From positions 96,001 through 160,000 of the forward strand of contig CAXXTH010000022.1 in assembly GCA_963668025.2 (NCBI GenBank): DNA of 64,000 bases, read 5' to 3'. Positions 49,837 to 59,859 of this stretch are shown here, in pieces (the first letter of the stretch is position 1; every line of letters starts with the position of its first letter). The DNA comes from Candidatus Hydrogenedentota bacterium (GTDB lineage Bacteria > Hydrogenedentota > Hydrogenedentia > Hydrogenedentales > SLHB01). The translations under genes and the position numbers were made by a program. The notes under the pieces were generated by a model, which was not told the origin of the DNA, ran no database searches, and worked only from the letters and a program-made list of their open reading frames with translations.

Positions 49837-49999
49837 GTAGGGTGGGGCTTGCCTCACAGATCAGGGCGGTGCGCCCTGCAACGGCACCCGAAAGAACGAA
49901 TACCATAACCATTTGATATGATTTTATTTGAGTGCTGTGCGTGTCATTAATGTTCTGTTCTTTATAGATGCCTGAGCGGTGGGGCAAGCCCCACCCTAC
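49837..49999. repeat. GTAG-type REP inverted pair (REPIN-like)
   Basis: GTAGGGTGGGGCTTGCCTCAC (49837-49857) and GTGGGGCAAGCCCCACCCTAC (49979-49999); 20 of 21 bases complementary. Confidence 0.82.
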
Positions 50000-50227
50000 T
50001 TCCTAATCACGTTATCGAACACATTAATATATAAATAAATGCATTAATATTTTTATAGATATACGCAATAAATATATAATTTATTAAATATGTGATACAT
50101 ATGGAAAGATTTTGGGACGGGCTGCAATAGGACGAGGTTTGGATATTGTCGTTATTGCAGCTTATTTTCCCGCATAATCAGTGGGCTTCATCATGCAATT
50201 ACCGAATTGAACATCAAAATCAGCATA

Positions 50228-50322
50228 CATCTGCGTCATCTGCGGATCAAAATCATTACACACTCAATTTCAGATAGCTTCCCATCTCTGTTGGATTTGC
50301 GTTCATTCGCGTCCATTTACGG
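50228..50322. repeat. 9-10 nt periodic micro-arrays
   Basis: CATCTGCGT CATCTGCGG and ATTTGCGTTC ATTCGCGTCC ATTTACGG. Confidence 0.55.
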
Positions 50323-50348
50323 TCAAGACTTTCAATTGATGCCGCTTT

Positions 50349-52004
50349 CTATTTCCTATCCTTCCACCCATAATCCCCGAATCGCTTATCCGGCTCCTGG
50401 TCGCCAAAATGCCAGGCCCTTCCGATCAGGATGTCGTAGTCCTCTTGCTGGGCTACGGGGTCCGCGATGCGGACAACCGTGCGGCCGGTAAGGAATTCGA
50501 TGCTGCGTTCGAAGGGCCAGAAGAGCGTTCCGATGCGCGTGTCCTCCGGCAGCGTCTCGATAGCCTGGGCGAGGTCACGCAAATCACGCGTATCGTCGTG
50601 GGTGTAGATCCAGCGGGCTTGCAGCGCCAGTTCCCATGCGGCGGGTGCGCATGCAAGGCAGGCCAGGATGGCGCAGGCCCAGCGGACCGCCGTGCGCCGA
50701 TCTCGCTGGAAAACTATCCACACCCAATCCCATACCGCACTGCCCACGAATAGACCGCCGAGAGCCAGGCTGTACCACAGGTAGCGGGGAATATTGCCTG
50801 GCGTGAAGAATATCCACCAGAACGCAAGGAAGGGCGAAATAAGGAAGACCGCCGCCGTGGCGGGGTCGTAGCGGAAGGCGAACACGCGCGGCAACTGCCA
50901 GAGCAGGCCTGCGGCCAGCACGGGCAGCAGGAAGGGGTGGTTATGGGCAAGCCACGAAATTGGCTCAAAAGCCGAGCGGAATCCGAAGAGGAGGTATTGC
51001 TGGTATAAGCTGAACAGTCCCGCCGCTTGGCCCGTGGCGGATGTCCCGCTCAGGGCTTGCACGAGCCACCATAGTCCCAACGGAAGGCACGCGCCCGCTA
51101 TCGGGACAAGGACATGCGCGGCGCGGATGCGGCGGAAGGTGAACCGATCATATAGCAGCACGCCAAGCAACGGCCACACGGTGATAATCAAGAACAGTTT
51201 GCAGAGCAGGGCCAGGCTGAACAGAACGCCTGTCCAAAAACCCGCCCAAGATACGTGTGGTTGCGTTAAGGCGCGCCTCCACAGCCGCAGGCTGAGTACG
51301 AGGCACAACAGCGCGGGGATTTCGCCATACACAGCGCGGGCTAGGTAGAGGCTGCCCATCGCGCCGCCCAGAAAGAGCGCCCCTAAAGCGGCTTCTTTGC
51401 GGCCCAGAACAGGCGATAGGAAGCGCCATGCTTGCCAGCATAATACCAAGAACGCGAGCGCTATAAGGACACGCGCGGCCCATAGTCCCGTTCCCGCCAC
51501 CCGAAAGACACCCGCGATGGGCAGCAGCACCGCCGGGCCGACAGAATCATATTCATCAAACAGGCGGAAACCCGATTCCGGGTTTCCTGACGCGTAGACG
51601 CCGTATTCCGCTAGATTGCGCGCCACAAGGAGGTGGTGCATCTCGTCCGGCTCGGGATACGGGTAGTGGGTCAGATGGGGAAACGCCAGCGCCGCCAGAA
51701 AAAGCAACACGACCCACGTGAGCAAGCCAGGCTTGCCCACCCGCGCCAGGGGGTCCTCCCCCACTGCACTGGCCCGTATGCGCAACCCCCAGAGCCCCGC
51801 GCACGCGGCGGCGGCCAGTCCTAAAAAGCATGCGGCTTTCAGCAGCAACACCGTGGACGACGGGGCATCAGCGGTGGATTGTCCTAAAAGCATCAGCCAT
51901 ACGACGAAGGAGCCCACGCCCGAGAATCCCATGCATGCAAACACCAGCGCGCAAAAGGCCCCCGCGAAGAGGCGCATGTACGGCGGCTCGACCTGGCTAT
52001 TCAC
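50349..52004 (-). CDS. GT-C fold membrane glycosyltransferase (ArnT/PMT-like)
   Basis: Many TMs; PDEMHH acidic motif in the first loop, W.AR, YGE.P, LA.L.K. Confidence 0.72.
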   Translation of the reverse strand: MNSQVEPPYMRLFAGAFCALVFACMGFSGVGSFVVWLMLLGQSTADAPSSTVLLLKAACFLGLAAAACAGLWGLRIRASAVGEDPLARVGKPGLLTWVVLLFLAALAFPHLTHYPYPEPDEMHHLLVARNLAEYGVYASGNPESGFRLFDEYDSVGPAVLLPIAGVFRVAGTGLWAARVLIALAFLVLCWQAWRFLSPVLGRKEAALGALFLGGAMGSLYLARAVYGEIPALLCLVLSLRLWRRALTQPHVSWAGFWTGVLFSLALLCKLFLIITVWPLLGVLLYDRFTFRRIRAAHVLVPIAGACLPLGLWWLVQALSGTSATGQAAGLFSLYQQYLLFGFRSAFEPISWLAHNHPFLLPVLAAGLLWQLPRVFAFRYDPATAAVFLISPFLAFWWIFFTPGNIPRYLWYSLALGGLFVGSAVWDWVWIVFQRDRRTAVRWACAILACLACAPAAWELALQARWIYTHDDTRDLRDLAQAIETLPEDTRIGTLFWPFERSIEFLTGRTVVRIADPVAQQEDYDILIGRAWHFGDQEPDKRFGDYGWKDRK

Positions 52005-52023
52005 CTCCTAATGCCTCCAGAGA

Positions 52024-52340
52024 CCGTAGCATGGGCGTCCCGCCCATGTAAGTTTAGGCTATATTCCATCCATCTGGGATTTCCAAAAATGGAGTAGGCA
52101 AGCCAAAGAAAGAGAAAAACTCCAAAATACACAAAAAAGAACACGAAAGCGGTAGCAAGCTACCGCACTTCACACACGCTCTAAGTCTTTTCTTATCAAA
52201 TAGCCTGGAGTGCGGCAGCTTGCCGGCGCTTTGGATATGCGGATAACGCCCGAAAGCTTTTCTCTGATTTGTGGGGATGTGAACTCGCACATGCAACATT
52301 TTTGAAGAGCCCTTTTCACGGGCGAGACGCCCGTGCCACA
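52024..52340. repeat. nested REP-like elements (family A pair enclosing a second family pair)
   Basis: Outer CCGTAGCATGGGCGTCCCGCCCATG (52024) / CACGGGCGAGACGCCCGTGCCACA (52317); inner GAAAGCGGTAGCAAGCTACCGCACTTCA (52145) / TGGAGTGCGGCAGCTTGCCGGCGCTTT (52206). Confidence 0.75.
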
Positions 52341-52368
52341 GTCAGAACGTAGAATCATACGCCAATCA

Positions 52369-53130
52369 TTACACTTCGATATCGGCCACGGAATCCAATA
52401 TTTGTGTAGGCTGGTACGGGTATTTTGTCACATCCTCCCGCCGCGTGACGCCCGTTAGCACGAGAATCGTTTCCATGCCGGTTTGCACGCCCGCGATGAC
52501 ATCCGTATCCATGCGGTCGCCGACCATCACCGTGTGTTCCGAATGGACGCCGAGGTAATTGAGCCCCGTCCGCATCATCAAGGGATTCGGTTTGCCGATA
52601 AAGAAGGGCATGCGCCCCGTGGCGCTCTCGATTAATGCGGCCAATGCGCCGCAAGCGGGCACAATGCCGCCATCGCCGGGTCCATTGGAATCGGGATTCG
52701 TGGCAATGAACCGTGCGCCGCTGGCCACCAACCGGCATGCCTTGGTCAGCGTTTCGATGTTATATGCCAGCGGCTCGCCGAGTACGACATAATCGGGTTC
52801 ATGGTCTGTAATGATATATCCTGCTTCATGGATGGCCGAGGTCAGCCCGCTTTCACCGATGACAAACGCAGTGCCCCGGTTTTTCTGAGCTCCTAAAAAA
52901 CGGGCTGTCGCCATTGCTGATGTAAAGATATGCTCGGCGGGAATATCGAGTCCGATGATATGCAGCCGATGGGAAAGGTCGCCGGGCGTATAGATGGGGT
53001 TATTGGTCAACACGAGGAACTTCGCCTCATGCTCGCGTAAGCGTGCGATGAACTCGGCCGCACCGGGGATAGCTTCTTGCCCACGGATCAGAACTCCGTC
53101 CATGTCGATCATGTAATTCTTTTGTGCCAT
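52369..53130 (-). CDS. nagD: HAD-IIA family hydrolase (NagD-like)
   Basis: [27 protein letters not shown]. Confidence 0.85.
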   Translation of the reverse strand: MAQKNYMIDMDGVLIRGQEAIPGAAEFIARLREHEAKFLVLTNNPIYTPGDLSHRLHIIGLDIPAEHIFTSAMATARFLGAQKNRGTAFVIGESGLTSAIHEAGYIITDHEPDYVVLGEPLAYNIETLTKACRLVASGARFIATNPDSNGPGDGGIVPACGALAALIESATGRMPFFIGKPNPLMMRTGLNYLGVHSEHTVMVGDRMDTDVIAGVQTGMETILVLTGVTRREDVTKYPYQPTQILDSVADIEV

Positions 53131-53213
53131 ATATCTCCCGCCATGTGGTTTCATTTGCCTGTTTGCGCTGGTTCGCCGGGGCAGGGTACCACACCGGCCC
53201 TGGCGGAGACACC

Positions 53214-54704
53214 TTACGGACGTTCAGGAGCCGGGAAAAACTCCGCCCCCGCCAGCGTCGCGGGGAACCGGTCATCCTTGCGCACCAATTCCATGTGCCC
53301 ATCCAGATATAGAACCAGCCGCGTCTGAGCCTGCGGGCCTTCGGGCCCGGTCTTGGTTGAATCGAACAGCAATGGGATTTCGGAAATATACCTGGGGTTT
53401 GCGACGGGATCATTGATATCCGTGATTAAAAAGCGCGCCACGCCTTCGGCCAGCGGAAGTGGGGACGCCCCTCCCGGCAAAGCCGCGCCAGAAGGCTGTT
53501 GTCCTTCATCGATAGCGCGCTGGCGCGCCGCCATGGCAGCCTCCGTGGCGTCACGGACCACCCAGCGTGGGTAGGTGTAGCTGGCGGCGGCGGCGCGGGC
53601 GGCGGTCTCGTAGTCCGGCTCGGGTTTGTCCAGGGCGTCGCGCAAGGTATCCAGCAACGCGTCCGCATCGGGCAACCGGGGATCCACCAATAGCGACAAA
53701 TCCTCTATATAATCCGGATACAGCCCGCGCAGATCGAACATCCAAACGCCGCCAGGCGCGAGGGGTGGATAGTCGCCGCCGTGGTTCTTCGCATACATCT
53801 GCAACGCGATGCCCAACCGCTCCAGATTGTCTAAGGCATCGCCGCGCCGGGCCGCCTCGCGGGAGCGGGCCAGGATGGGCAGCAACACGGCGGCAAGGGC
53901 GAAAATGACGACAATGGCCACCGCCACTTGATAGAAAGGCGCGTGAAGCCAAGGCTGGGCATATTGGCGGTTTTGCTCCTCGGCTGCGACGCGCTGCATG
54001 GCTTGGCCTGTAAGGCCCTCGGGCATGGGCGCGGCAAAAGATGCATCCAAAGCGTGGAGCGCGTTCCGTTCTTCTTCGACGATACGCCGCAAAGCTTCTG
54101 ATTCCGCTAACCGAGTTTCGTATTGCATGCGCGCGCTAGGTTCAAGCATGCCAAGCACATAACGGCGGGCCAATAAGCAGTTGTTCTTCTGGGCTGGCTT
54201 CACATCGGACTCACGCGTCAAAGACTCATAAGCCTTGAGCATTCGACGCTTTACAGCAGTTACAGAAGCGCCGGTGAGCCATGCCGCTTCACCATATTCA
54301 AGGCCCGCGCAACGGATAAGGGCGAAGGCAGCCCGGTATTTGGTTGGGAGCGCCTGCAAAAGGCCTGCGTCATCTGAAGCGGGCTTCATATCTTGCCTTG
54401 TCCACGCATGGCGCGTGGCGCATTGCGCCAATGCCGTGCGGTAGAGCCATGGACGCGCCCGCATGCCTTGCTTGAAGCGCCCCAAGCTTTGGTGGGCCGC
54501 GATGGCGGTTTGCGTGAATACCTGTTCCGCCTCCGCAGGGCTTTCCGATAAGGCGTACAAAAAGGCATATAAGGAAGGCGCGTGCCGCTGCAGGAATGTC
54601 TCAAAAGCGCTTAATTGTCCTTGATGCGCCGCGCCGATAAGGGCTTCATCCGAAAGGCGTGACAAAATGAGCTCATCGCCTTTTTCCGCGTGTATATCAG
54701 TCAT
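53214..54704 (-). CDS. ECF-sigma-like / anti-sigma-like / TM / DUF1559 fusion protein
   Basis: Sigma2-like (SDEALI..AFE..RH...LY, PWLYR.A), sigma4-like (LP.KYR.AF.L...GL.Y.E.A...G.S...VK.R), YVLG.L...R..YE segment, then [39 protein letters not shown] in one frame. Confidence 0.8.
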   Translation of the reverse strand: MTDIHAEKGDELILSRLSDEALIGAAHQGQLSAFETFLQRHAPSLYAFLYALSESPAEAEQVFTQTAIAAHQSLGRFKQGMRARPWLYRTALAQCATRHAWTRQDMKPASDDAGLLQALPTKYRAAFALIRCAGLEYGEAAWLTGASVTAVKRRMLKAYESLTRESDVKPAQKNNCLLARRYVLGMLEPSARMQYETRLAESEALRRIVEEERNALHALDASFAAPMPEGLTGQAMQRVAAEEQNRQYAQPWLHAPFYQVAVAIVVIFALAAVLLPILARSREAARRGDALDNLERLGIALQMYAKNHGGDYPPLAPGGVWMFDLRGLYPDYIEDLSLLVDPRLPDADALLDTLRDALDKPEPDYETAARAAAASYTYPRWVVRDATEAAMAARQRAIDEGQQPSGAALPGGASPLPLAEGVARFLITDINDPVANPRYISEIPLLFDSTKTGPEGPQAQTRLVLYLDGHMELVRKDDRFPATLAGAEFFPAPERP

Positions 54705-54879
54705 GCCATATACGCTCCAGGAAGGCGCTTCAATGGAAGGCCGGATTATCAATACTATTCAACCTGGCGCCATTATACCGCCGGAAGCGATAGAGATAAA
54801 CTTAATCGCCGCTTTAATGTCCTGCCTATCATGTGGTATGACTTCCCCCAGGTTTCAGCGGTAGAACGGAGGTAACAAT

Positions 54880-56259
54880 ATGCGTATCACATCTTATGGC
54901 GCGGCGGAAAACGTCACAGGAAGCAAACATCTGCTTGAAGTCAATGGGTACCGCATCTTATTCGATTGCGGCATGTTCCAAGGCAAGCGCGAAGAATCCT
55001 CCATGCGGAACAAGGCTTTGCCATTTCCCGTGGACAGCCTCCACGCCGTGGTGTTAAGCCATGCCCACATCGATCATAGCGGCATTCTGCCCGTTCTGGC
55101 GCGTTATGGCTACAAGGGCCGTGTGTTCACCACCCCGGCCACGCGCGATTTGTGCGCCATCATGCTCCTCGATAGTTCGCACATTCAGGAACGTGATGCG
55201 CGCTGGCTCTCGAAAAAGCACCAGACTTTCGTGCCGCCCATCTATACGGATGAAGATGTCCGCGAGATCATGCGCCATTTCATCAGCATACCCTACGACA
55301 TCGTCATGGAGGTTGCGCCTGGCGTCTGCATCACCTTCAAAGACGCTGGCCACGTCCTCGGTTCGGCCATGGTCCTGGTCGAATTTACGGAAAACGGCAA
55401 GCGCCGCACACTGATTTATAGTGGCGACATTGGCCGGAAAAACATGCCTATCTTGAAAGACCCCTGGGAGCCAGATCATGCCGATGTCGTGATAATGGAG
55501 AGCACCTACGGCAACCGGGATCATGATCCCATCGAGACGCTAGACAACGAACTGGCCGATGTCGTGAACCGAACCTATAACCGGGGCGGGAAAATCGTGG
55601 TGCCCACGTTCGCCCTCGAACGCGCCCAAGAGTTCATATTCGCCCTTAAACGGCTCGAAATGCAGAAGCGCATTCCCCTCATGCCGGTCTATGTGGATAG
55701 CCCGCTGACCGTGAACATCACGGAAGTGTTCCGCCTGCACGCGGACCTTTTCGATGAGGAAATTCGCAAAGTTATGGAGGAATCGGGCGATCCCTTCGAG
55801 TTGCACAACATTGACTACATTCGCAACCTAGAACAGTCCATGGAGTTGAATTCACTTACCAAGCCCGCCATCATCCTCTCGGCGTCGGGCATGTGCGAAT
55901 ATGGCCGTATCTTGCACCATCTGCGCCATAACATCGAAGATGAGCGCAACACCATCCTTATCATCGGATTCCAGGCCAGGAACACCCTCGGACGGCGCAT
56001 CGTCGAGCGCGAACGCGAAGTCCGCATTTTCGGCATCAAACACCGGTTGGATGCCGAAGTGAAAGTGCTCAACTCCTTGAGCGCCCATGCGGGCCGTTCC
56101 GAGCTTCTTGACTTCGGCTCCCGATTCAAGAACAGCGCCGAGCGCATCCTGTTGGTGCATGGTGAGCAGGAGGCCCTGGACGCCTTATCTTCCGGACTCG
56201 CCGAAAGAGGCTGCAACAACGTGGCTATCCAAGAAGAAGCCGTAACCGTCGAGTTATAA
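54880..56259 (+). CDS. metallo-beta-lactamase fold beta-CASP ribonuclease
   Basis: VTGS.H, DCG.FQG, HAHIDHSG, AGH.LGS, MESTYG, SASGMC..GR..HH, SAHA. Confidence 0.92.
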   Translation: MRITSYGAAENVTGSKHLLEVNGYRILFDCGMFQGKREESSMRNKALPFPVDSLHAVVLSHAHIDHSGILPVLARYGYKGRVFTTPATRDLCAIMLLDSSHIQERDARWLSKKHQTFVPPIYTDEDVREIMRHFISIPYDIVMEVAPGVCITFKDAGHVLGSAMVLVEFTENGKRRTLIYSGDIGRKNMPILKDPWEPDHADVVIMESTYGNRDHDPIETLDNELADVVNRTYNRGGKIVVPTFALERAQEFIFALKRLEMQKRIPLMPVYVDSPLTVNITEVFRLHADLFDEEIRKVMEESGDPFELHNIDYIRNLEQSMELNSLTKPAIILSASGMCEYGRILHHLRHNIEDERNTILIIGFQARNTLGRRIVEREREVRIFGIKHRLDAEVKVLNSLSAHAGRSELLDFGSRFKNSAERILLVHGEQEALDALSSGLAERGCNNVAIQEEAVTVEL

Positions 56260-56266
56260 ACGTAAA

Positions 56267-56299
56267 CCGGAGAGGACTCGTGCTGCGGGCCCTCTCCGG
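56267..56299 (+). terminator. hairpin after the ribonuclease gene
   Basis: CCGGAGAGG...CCTCTCCGG stem directly after the stop codon. Confidence 0.6.
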
Positions 56300-56364
56300 C
56301 TTCACTCATTCATCATGCGCTGGTTCTATTAGGAGCATGGATGCCTGCTCATAATTCGTTCTAT

Positions 56365-56798
56365 ACATGAGGGTGACTTCAATCTACCCATGACCTTCTC
56401 TCCTTCACGGGTGCGCTCAATGCTTTCTTTGAAGGAAGCCCACCTCCATTTTAAGCCGCCCTATTTCCTGATAGAGTGGAGCCGTAAGCCCATCCGCATC
56501 CGGCACCGCTCCTGAATGCCCCCCGTTCGAAGAGCTGGGCGGCATTCTCCAGCAGCAGTTTCTTCCACTACGTGATTTGGGTGGGATGCACCTTGTCACG
56601 CGCCGACAGTTCGCTCAGCGAATGGACGCCTTTCACTGCATCGAGCGCCACCTTGGCCTTGAACTTATTGGAATCATTCTTTCTCGTCTGACCCATCTCT
56701 TGGACTCCTTTTCCGGACATTGTCCGGAGTGGCGGCCAGCCATGCAAACAGGCCTTCCTCCTTCTTAACCACCTGTCCGAAAATTGGGGATAATTTCA
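56365..56798 (-). mobile_element. truncated IS3-family remnant (one end, disrupted orfA, start of orfB)
   Basis: End reads TGAAATTATCCCCAATTTTCGGACA on the minus strand; orfA from ATG56696 (RK..S.KFKAKVAL.A..G..S..EL....VHP.QI*WKK...LYQEIGRLK.E..FL) has a TAG at 56568-56570 and a frameshift in the run at 56519-56524. Confidence 0.82.
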
Positions 56799-56815
56799 GA
56801 CCTGCGTCGGTGAGC

Positions 56816-57499
56816 TTAACCCATAGCATGCCGCAGGACAAAGATAATCAAGAATTTAGAGATGACTTCCGCTACCAGGAGCCCCACGATGAATCCCACG
56901 GCCGAGCGCCAGCCGCGCACGTTACACGACACCGCGAATGCGCGATACATAAGCGCCACCATCCACACGAGCATGATGATCATAAAACAGATGACGATGA
57001 GAAACTGTGCAAAATCCACAATATTTGCGCCAGAGGGCAGCAAATCCATAGGTGTGGCGGCTGGGGTTGCGATTTGCTGCATAAAGTGCTTGTTTATTGC
57101 TTCGGTGAAGCGGCCATAGCCAGGCAGCAGGGCAAATAATACAGAAAACAAGGAAGGTGTTCGGGCAATAGCTTGGGTGCCGAATACATCGACCATGCGC
57201 ACGTTGCTGGTCGAGATAATTTTTCCAATAATGAACAACACGGCGCTCAAGGCCAGCCAATCGATAAGAACCTCCGTGGGAAATGCCCACCACGAAGCTG
57301 ATGCGCCGGTGTGAAAATCGAGTACGCCGTCGAAATGGCTGTTGGAGAGTGCTCCGACGAGACCGGTGGTGATGAGCATAACCACCCCCCATGCGAGGGC
57401 CGCGCCGCCTGCAACGTAATAAAAGGGATTGAAAAGCCAAGTCACTAACCGGCGTCGCTGCAACAGATTGGCTTCATTGCTCATGGTTCGATACTCCAT
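56816..57499 (-). CDS. multi-pass membrane protein (YIP1-like, tentative)
   Basis: About 5 hydrophobic helices; LFNPF.Y.AG and HFDGVLD motifs; follows the DUF2089 gene by 11 nt. Confidence 0.65.
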   Translation of the reverse strand: MEYRTMSNEANLLQRRRLVTWLFNPFYYVAGGAALAWGVVMLITTGLVGALSNSHFDGVLDFHTGASASWWAFPTEVLIDWLALSAVLFIIGKIISTSNVRMVDVFGTQAIARTPSLFSVLFALLPGYGRFTEAINKHFMQQIATPAATPMDLLPSGANIVDFAQFLIVICFMIIMLVWMVALMYRAFAVSCNVRGWRSAVGFIVGLLVAEVISKFLIIFVLRHAMG

Positions 57500-57510
57500 T
57501 TCGTTTTCAG

Positions 57511-57783
57511 TTACTCCAGTTCCTTGATGCGTGCGATAACCGCATCCAGGCGATTGCGCACGGTCGGATACGACAGGCCATACGCCTTGGCCACATCTTT
57601 TAGGCTGCCACCACAAAGGACAAGCGTCCGAACGAACGCTTGTTCCTCTTCCGTAAGGCGGGCCAGGAGTGGCAGTCCGAATCGGCCTTCCACCACGGTT
57701 TCACATCCTGGACAGGTGAGCCGCGTGACGTCCAAGGGCTGGCTGCAACTAGGGCACATTATGGGTAGCCGTTTGTTTTCCAT
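57511..57783 (-). CDS. DUF2089 family protein (zinc ribbon plus HTH)
   Basis: CP.C...L.V..L.C..C.T.VEG.F, F....V.CGGSLK.VA...G.SYPTVRNRLD. Confidence 0.85.
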   Translation of the reverse strand: MENKRLPIMCPSCSQPLDVTRLTCPGCETVVEGRFGLPLLARLTEEEQAFVRTLVLCGGSLKDVAKAYGLSYPTVRNRLDAVIARIKELE

Positions 57784-57988
57784 GTGGATATTATGACATA
57801 CTTGTTTAATAAAATTCAATACTGTTTTTAAATATTTGATTATAAGATGCTTTTTATTTATTTCGTACGTCGCATGTCGCATTTAGGGGACATGGAGGCT
57901 CTTTCATACAGAGTCTATTCGGAGGATACGGCAAAATAACGACGTGTCGAGGTACCGTTTGGGGGCTTCTTCGGCTGTATGAGGTGAA

Positions 57989-58522
57989 ATGGACCCGGTG
58001 TTGACAGATGCGGAACTGGTGAAGGCTGTCCTTGCGGGAAAAGGAGCGGCGTACGGAGACCTTATCAGGCGGTACGAACGATCAGTCCGTGCTGCGACTC
58101 TTGCGGTATTGGGCGACTTCCACGCCGCGGAGGACGCCACTCAAGAAACGTTTGTCGTTGCGTACCGGAAGCTCGATGCCCTGCTGCGGCCTTCCGCCTT
58201 CGGCGCTTGGGTATTGCGAATCGCACACCGCCAAGCGTTGCGGGCTGTCCGGAAACACCGGGCAGCCGAAACGCTCGATCCGAATGTGGCTGTTCAGGCG
58301 CCTCATAACGGACGGCTGGATGAGGATTCGGAAGGCCTTCTCACCGCCGTGGCCGCGCTGCCAGAGCACGAACGGCGTGTTGTCATGTTGCATTACTTCG
58401 ATGGGCACAGTGTGGCCGTCATCTCGGCGATGTGTGGCCGGCCTCTTGGTACGGTGACGAAACAACTCGCGCGCGCCCGCGAACGATTGCGGGGCAGGCT
58501 CTGTAAGGAGGCGAAACCATGA
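57989..58522 (+). CDS. ECF RNA polymerase sigma factor
   Basis: AAEDATQETF, FGAWV.RIA, LP.HER.V..L.YF.G.S...IS...G...GTV...L.RAR..L. Confidence 0.92.
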   Translation: MDPVLTDAELVKAVLAGKGAAYGDLIRRYERSVRAATLAVLGDFHAAEDATQETFVVAYRKLDALLRPSAFGAWVLRIAHRQALRAVRKHRAAETLDPNVAVQAPHNGRLDEDSEGLLTAVAALPEHERRVVMLHYFDGHSVAVISAMCGRPLGTVTKQLARARERLRGRLCKEAKP

Positions 58523-59410
58523 CAACCAAAGACACGCTTGAGCAGCGGCTTGCACGCCTTGGACGCACCCTTGCAGACGAGGTTTCCGTCGCCGATACGG
58601 TCATGAAGCGTATAACGGAATGCACCCCCCCTGGCGCGAGGCGTTCGAACCGGCGTCCCATGTGGCTGTTCAAGCCTGCGCTGATCCTGGGTTCGCTTGT
58701 GGCGGCGGCGCTAGTCTACGAGTTCGCGAAGTTTGCCGGTCTCGTGAGTATTACCGGCCGCGCATGGGCTGCGGCGGAGGCCACACCCGACCCACATAAA
58801 ATGATAATTTCGATCGCCGCAGTTTTAGTGCTGGCCGTGTTTTTTTTGGTGATGTTTGTCAACATTCCCACCGCGCTGTGGCGGCGCACGCACACAAGAC
58901 GATACCCATTACTCTGGATTGCTGGTGTCGGCGGCGCTATCGCCTTCCTGATGGGTTCTGTGGCGTGGCAGTGGAACACCGCGCCCTGTCCCGTGGGAAT
59001 CGATGAGACCCTCGAAGTGAGAGGCGGCAACAGCCCGTTGGTTATTCTTGGGATACGGATGGAGCCACCCGCGGGGGATAGCGGCACTATCGAATTGGAT
59101 GTCCGTAACGACGGTCCTACACAGCAATTTTTGGCGTTTGCATACTATGCGAAATGGCGGCACATTCTTGGGAGGGTTCTTCCACCCTGGTGCCAGCGGC
59201 GGCGGAAAGGTCAAGCGCGTGCCTCCCCATTGGTCAGGCACTATCGAGTTTGACCTTCGCTTTCCCCCACGGTTTGGATACAGCGGCAGGATAGAGATCC
59301 AGATAGGCGGCGCTGTGGTGTCACAAGAACAGGATTTTATAGTGGGGTTGCCGCCTGAGTTTGAAATCTTGTACAAGAAGCGGTTTGTTCTAGTTCCAGA
59401 AGGCGGATGA
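58519..59410 (+). pseudogene. putative anti-sigma membrane protein with an apparent +1 frameshift near 59152
   Basis: ATGA overlap with the sigma gene; 3 TMs; removing one A from GCGAAAT joins the 58519 frame to the frame ending at TAA59410. Confidence 0.55.
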
Positions 59411-59468
59411 TAATTATCCACGGCCTGAAAATTTGATTTCCCCATCCACTTGCCCCATAGTGGTTTAT

Positions 59469-59853
59469 ATGGCTCGATTCGAAGTACATAGCAGCACGGG
59501 CGGACGTCCGGGACAATATCGCGCTTTCGAGCGGGGGGCCGTTGGTGGACATCGTCGGATGGGGCATTGCCCTGTTTGCGTTTTTGTTGGTATCCGGCGC
59601 GGTGCTGATAGGGCTCGTGATAGCGACGGTATTACGTTTGGCGGGCTGGCTATTTCTGTTCTTTATAAGACCGCCCCGCCATGCCAGCGTGGACCCATCG
59701 CATGCTTCTCCCCAGCCGTCCTTTCACCAGGAAGAGATCATCGAGGGCGAGTTCCGCGTCATCTCAGACAACTCCAACACCGAAGCTCCCAGTTCTCAAG
59801 ACCCTAAACCCCAAACCCTAACTTGCATTGCACGCTTGTCTTATCTAGGATAG
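59469..59853 (+). CDS. small membrane protein, possible +1 frameshift in the G6 run at 59533-59538
   Basis: Long hydrophobic segment then IIEGEFRVI; ATG59469 becomes in frame if one G is removed. Confidence 0.5.
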
Positions 59854-59859
59854 GGGGGC

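Noticed and set aside
50010-50105. AT-rich tract as a replication origin
   Set aside because: No DnaA-box cluster or replication genes; it lies between convergent genes among repeat remnants.
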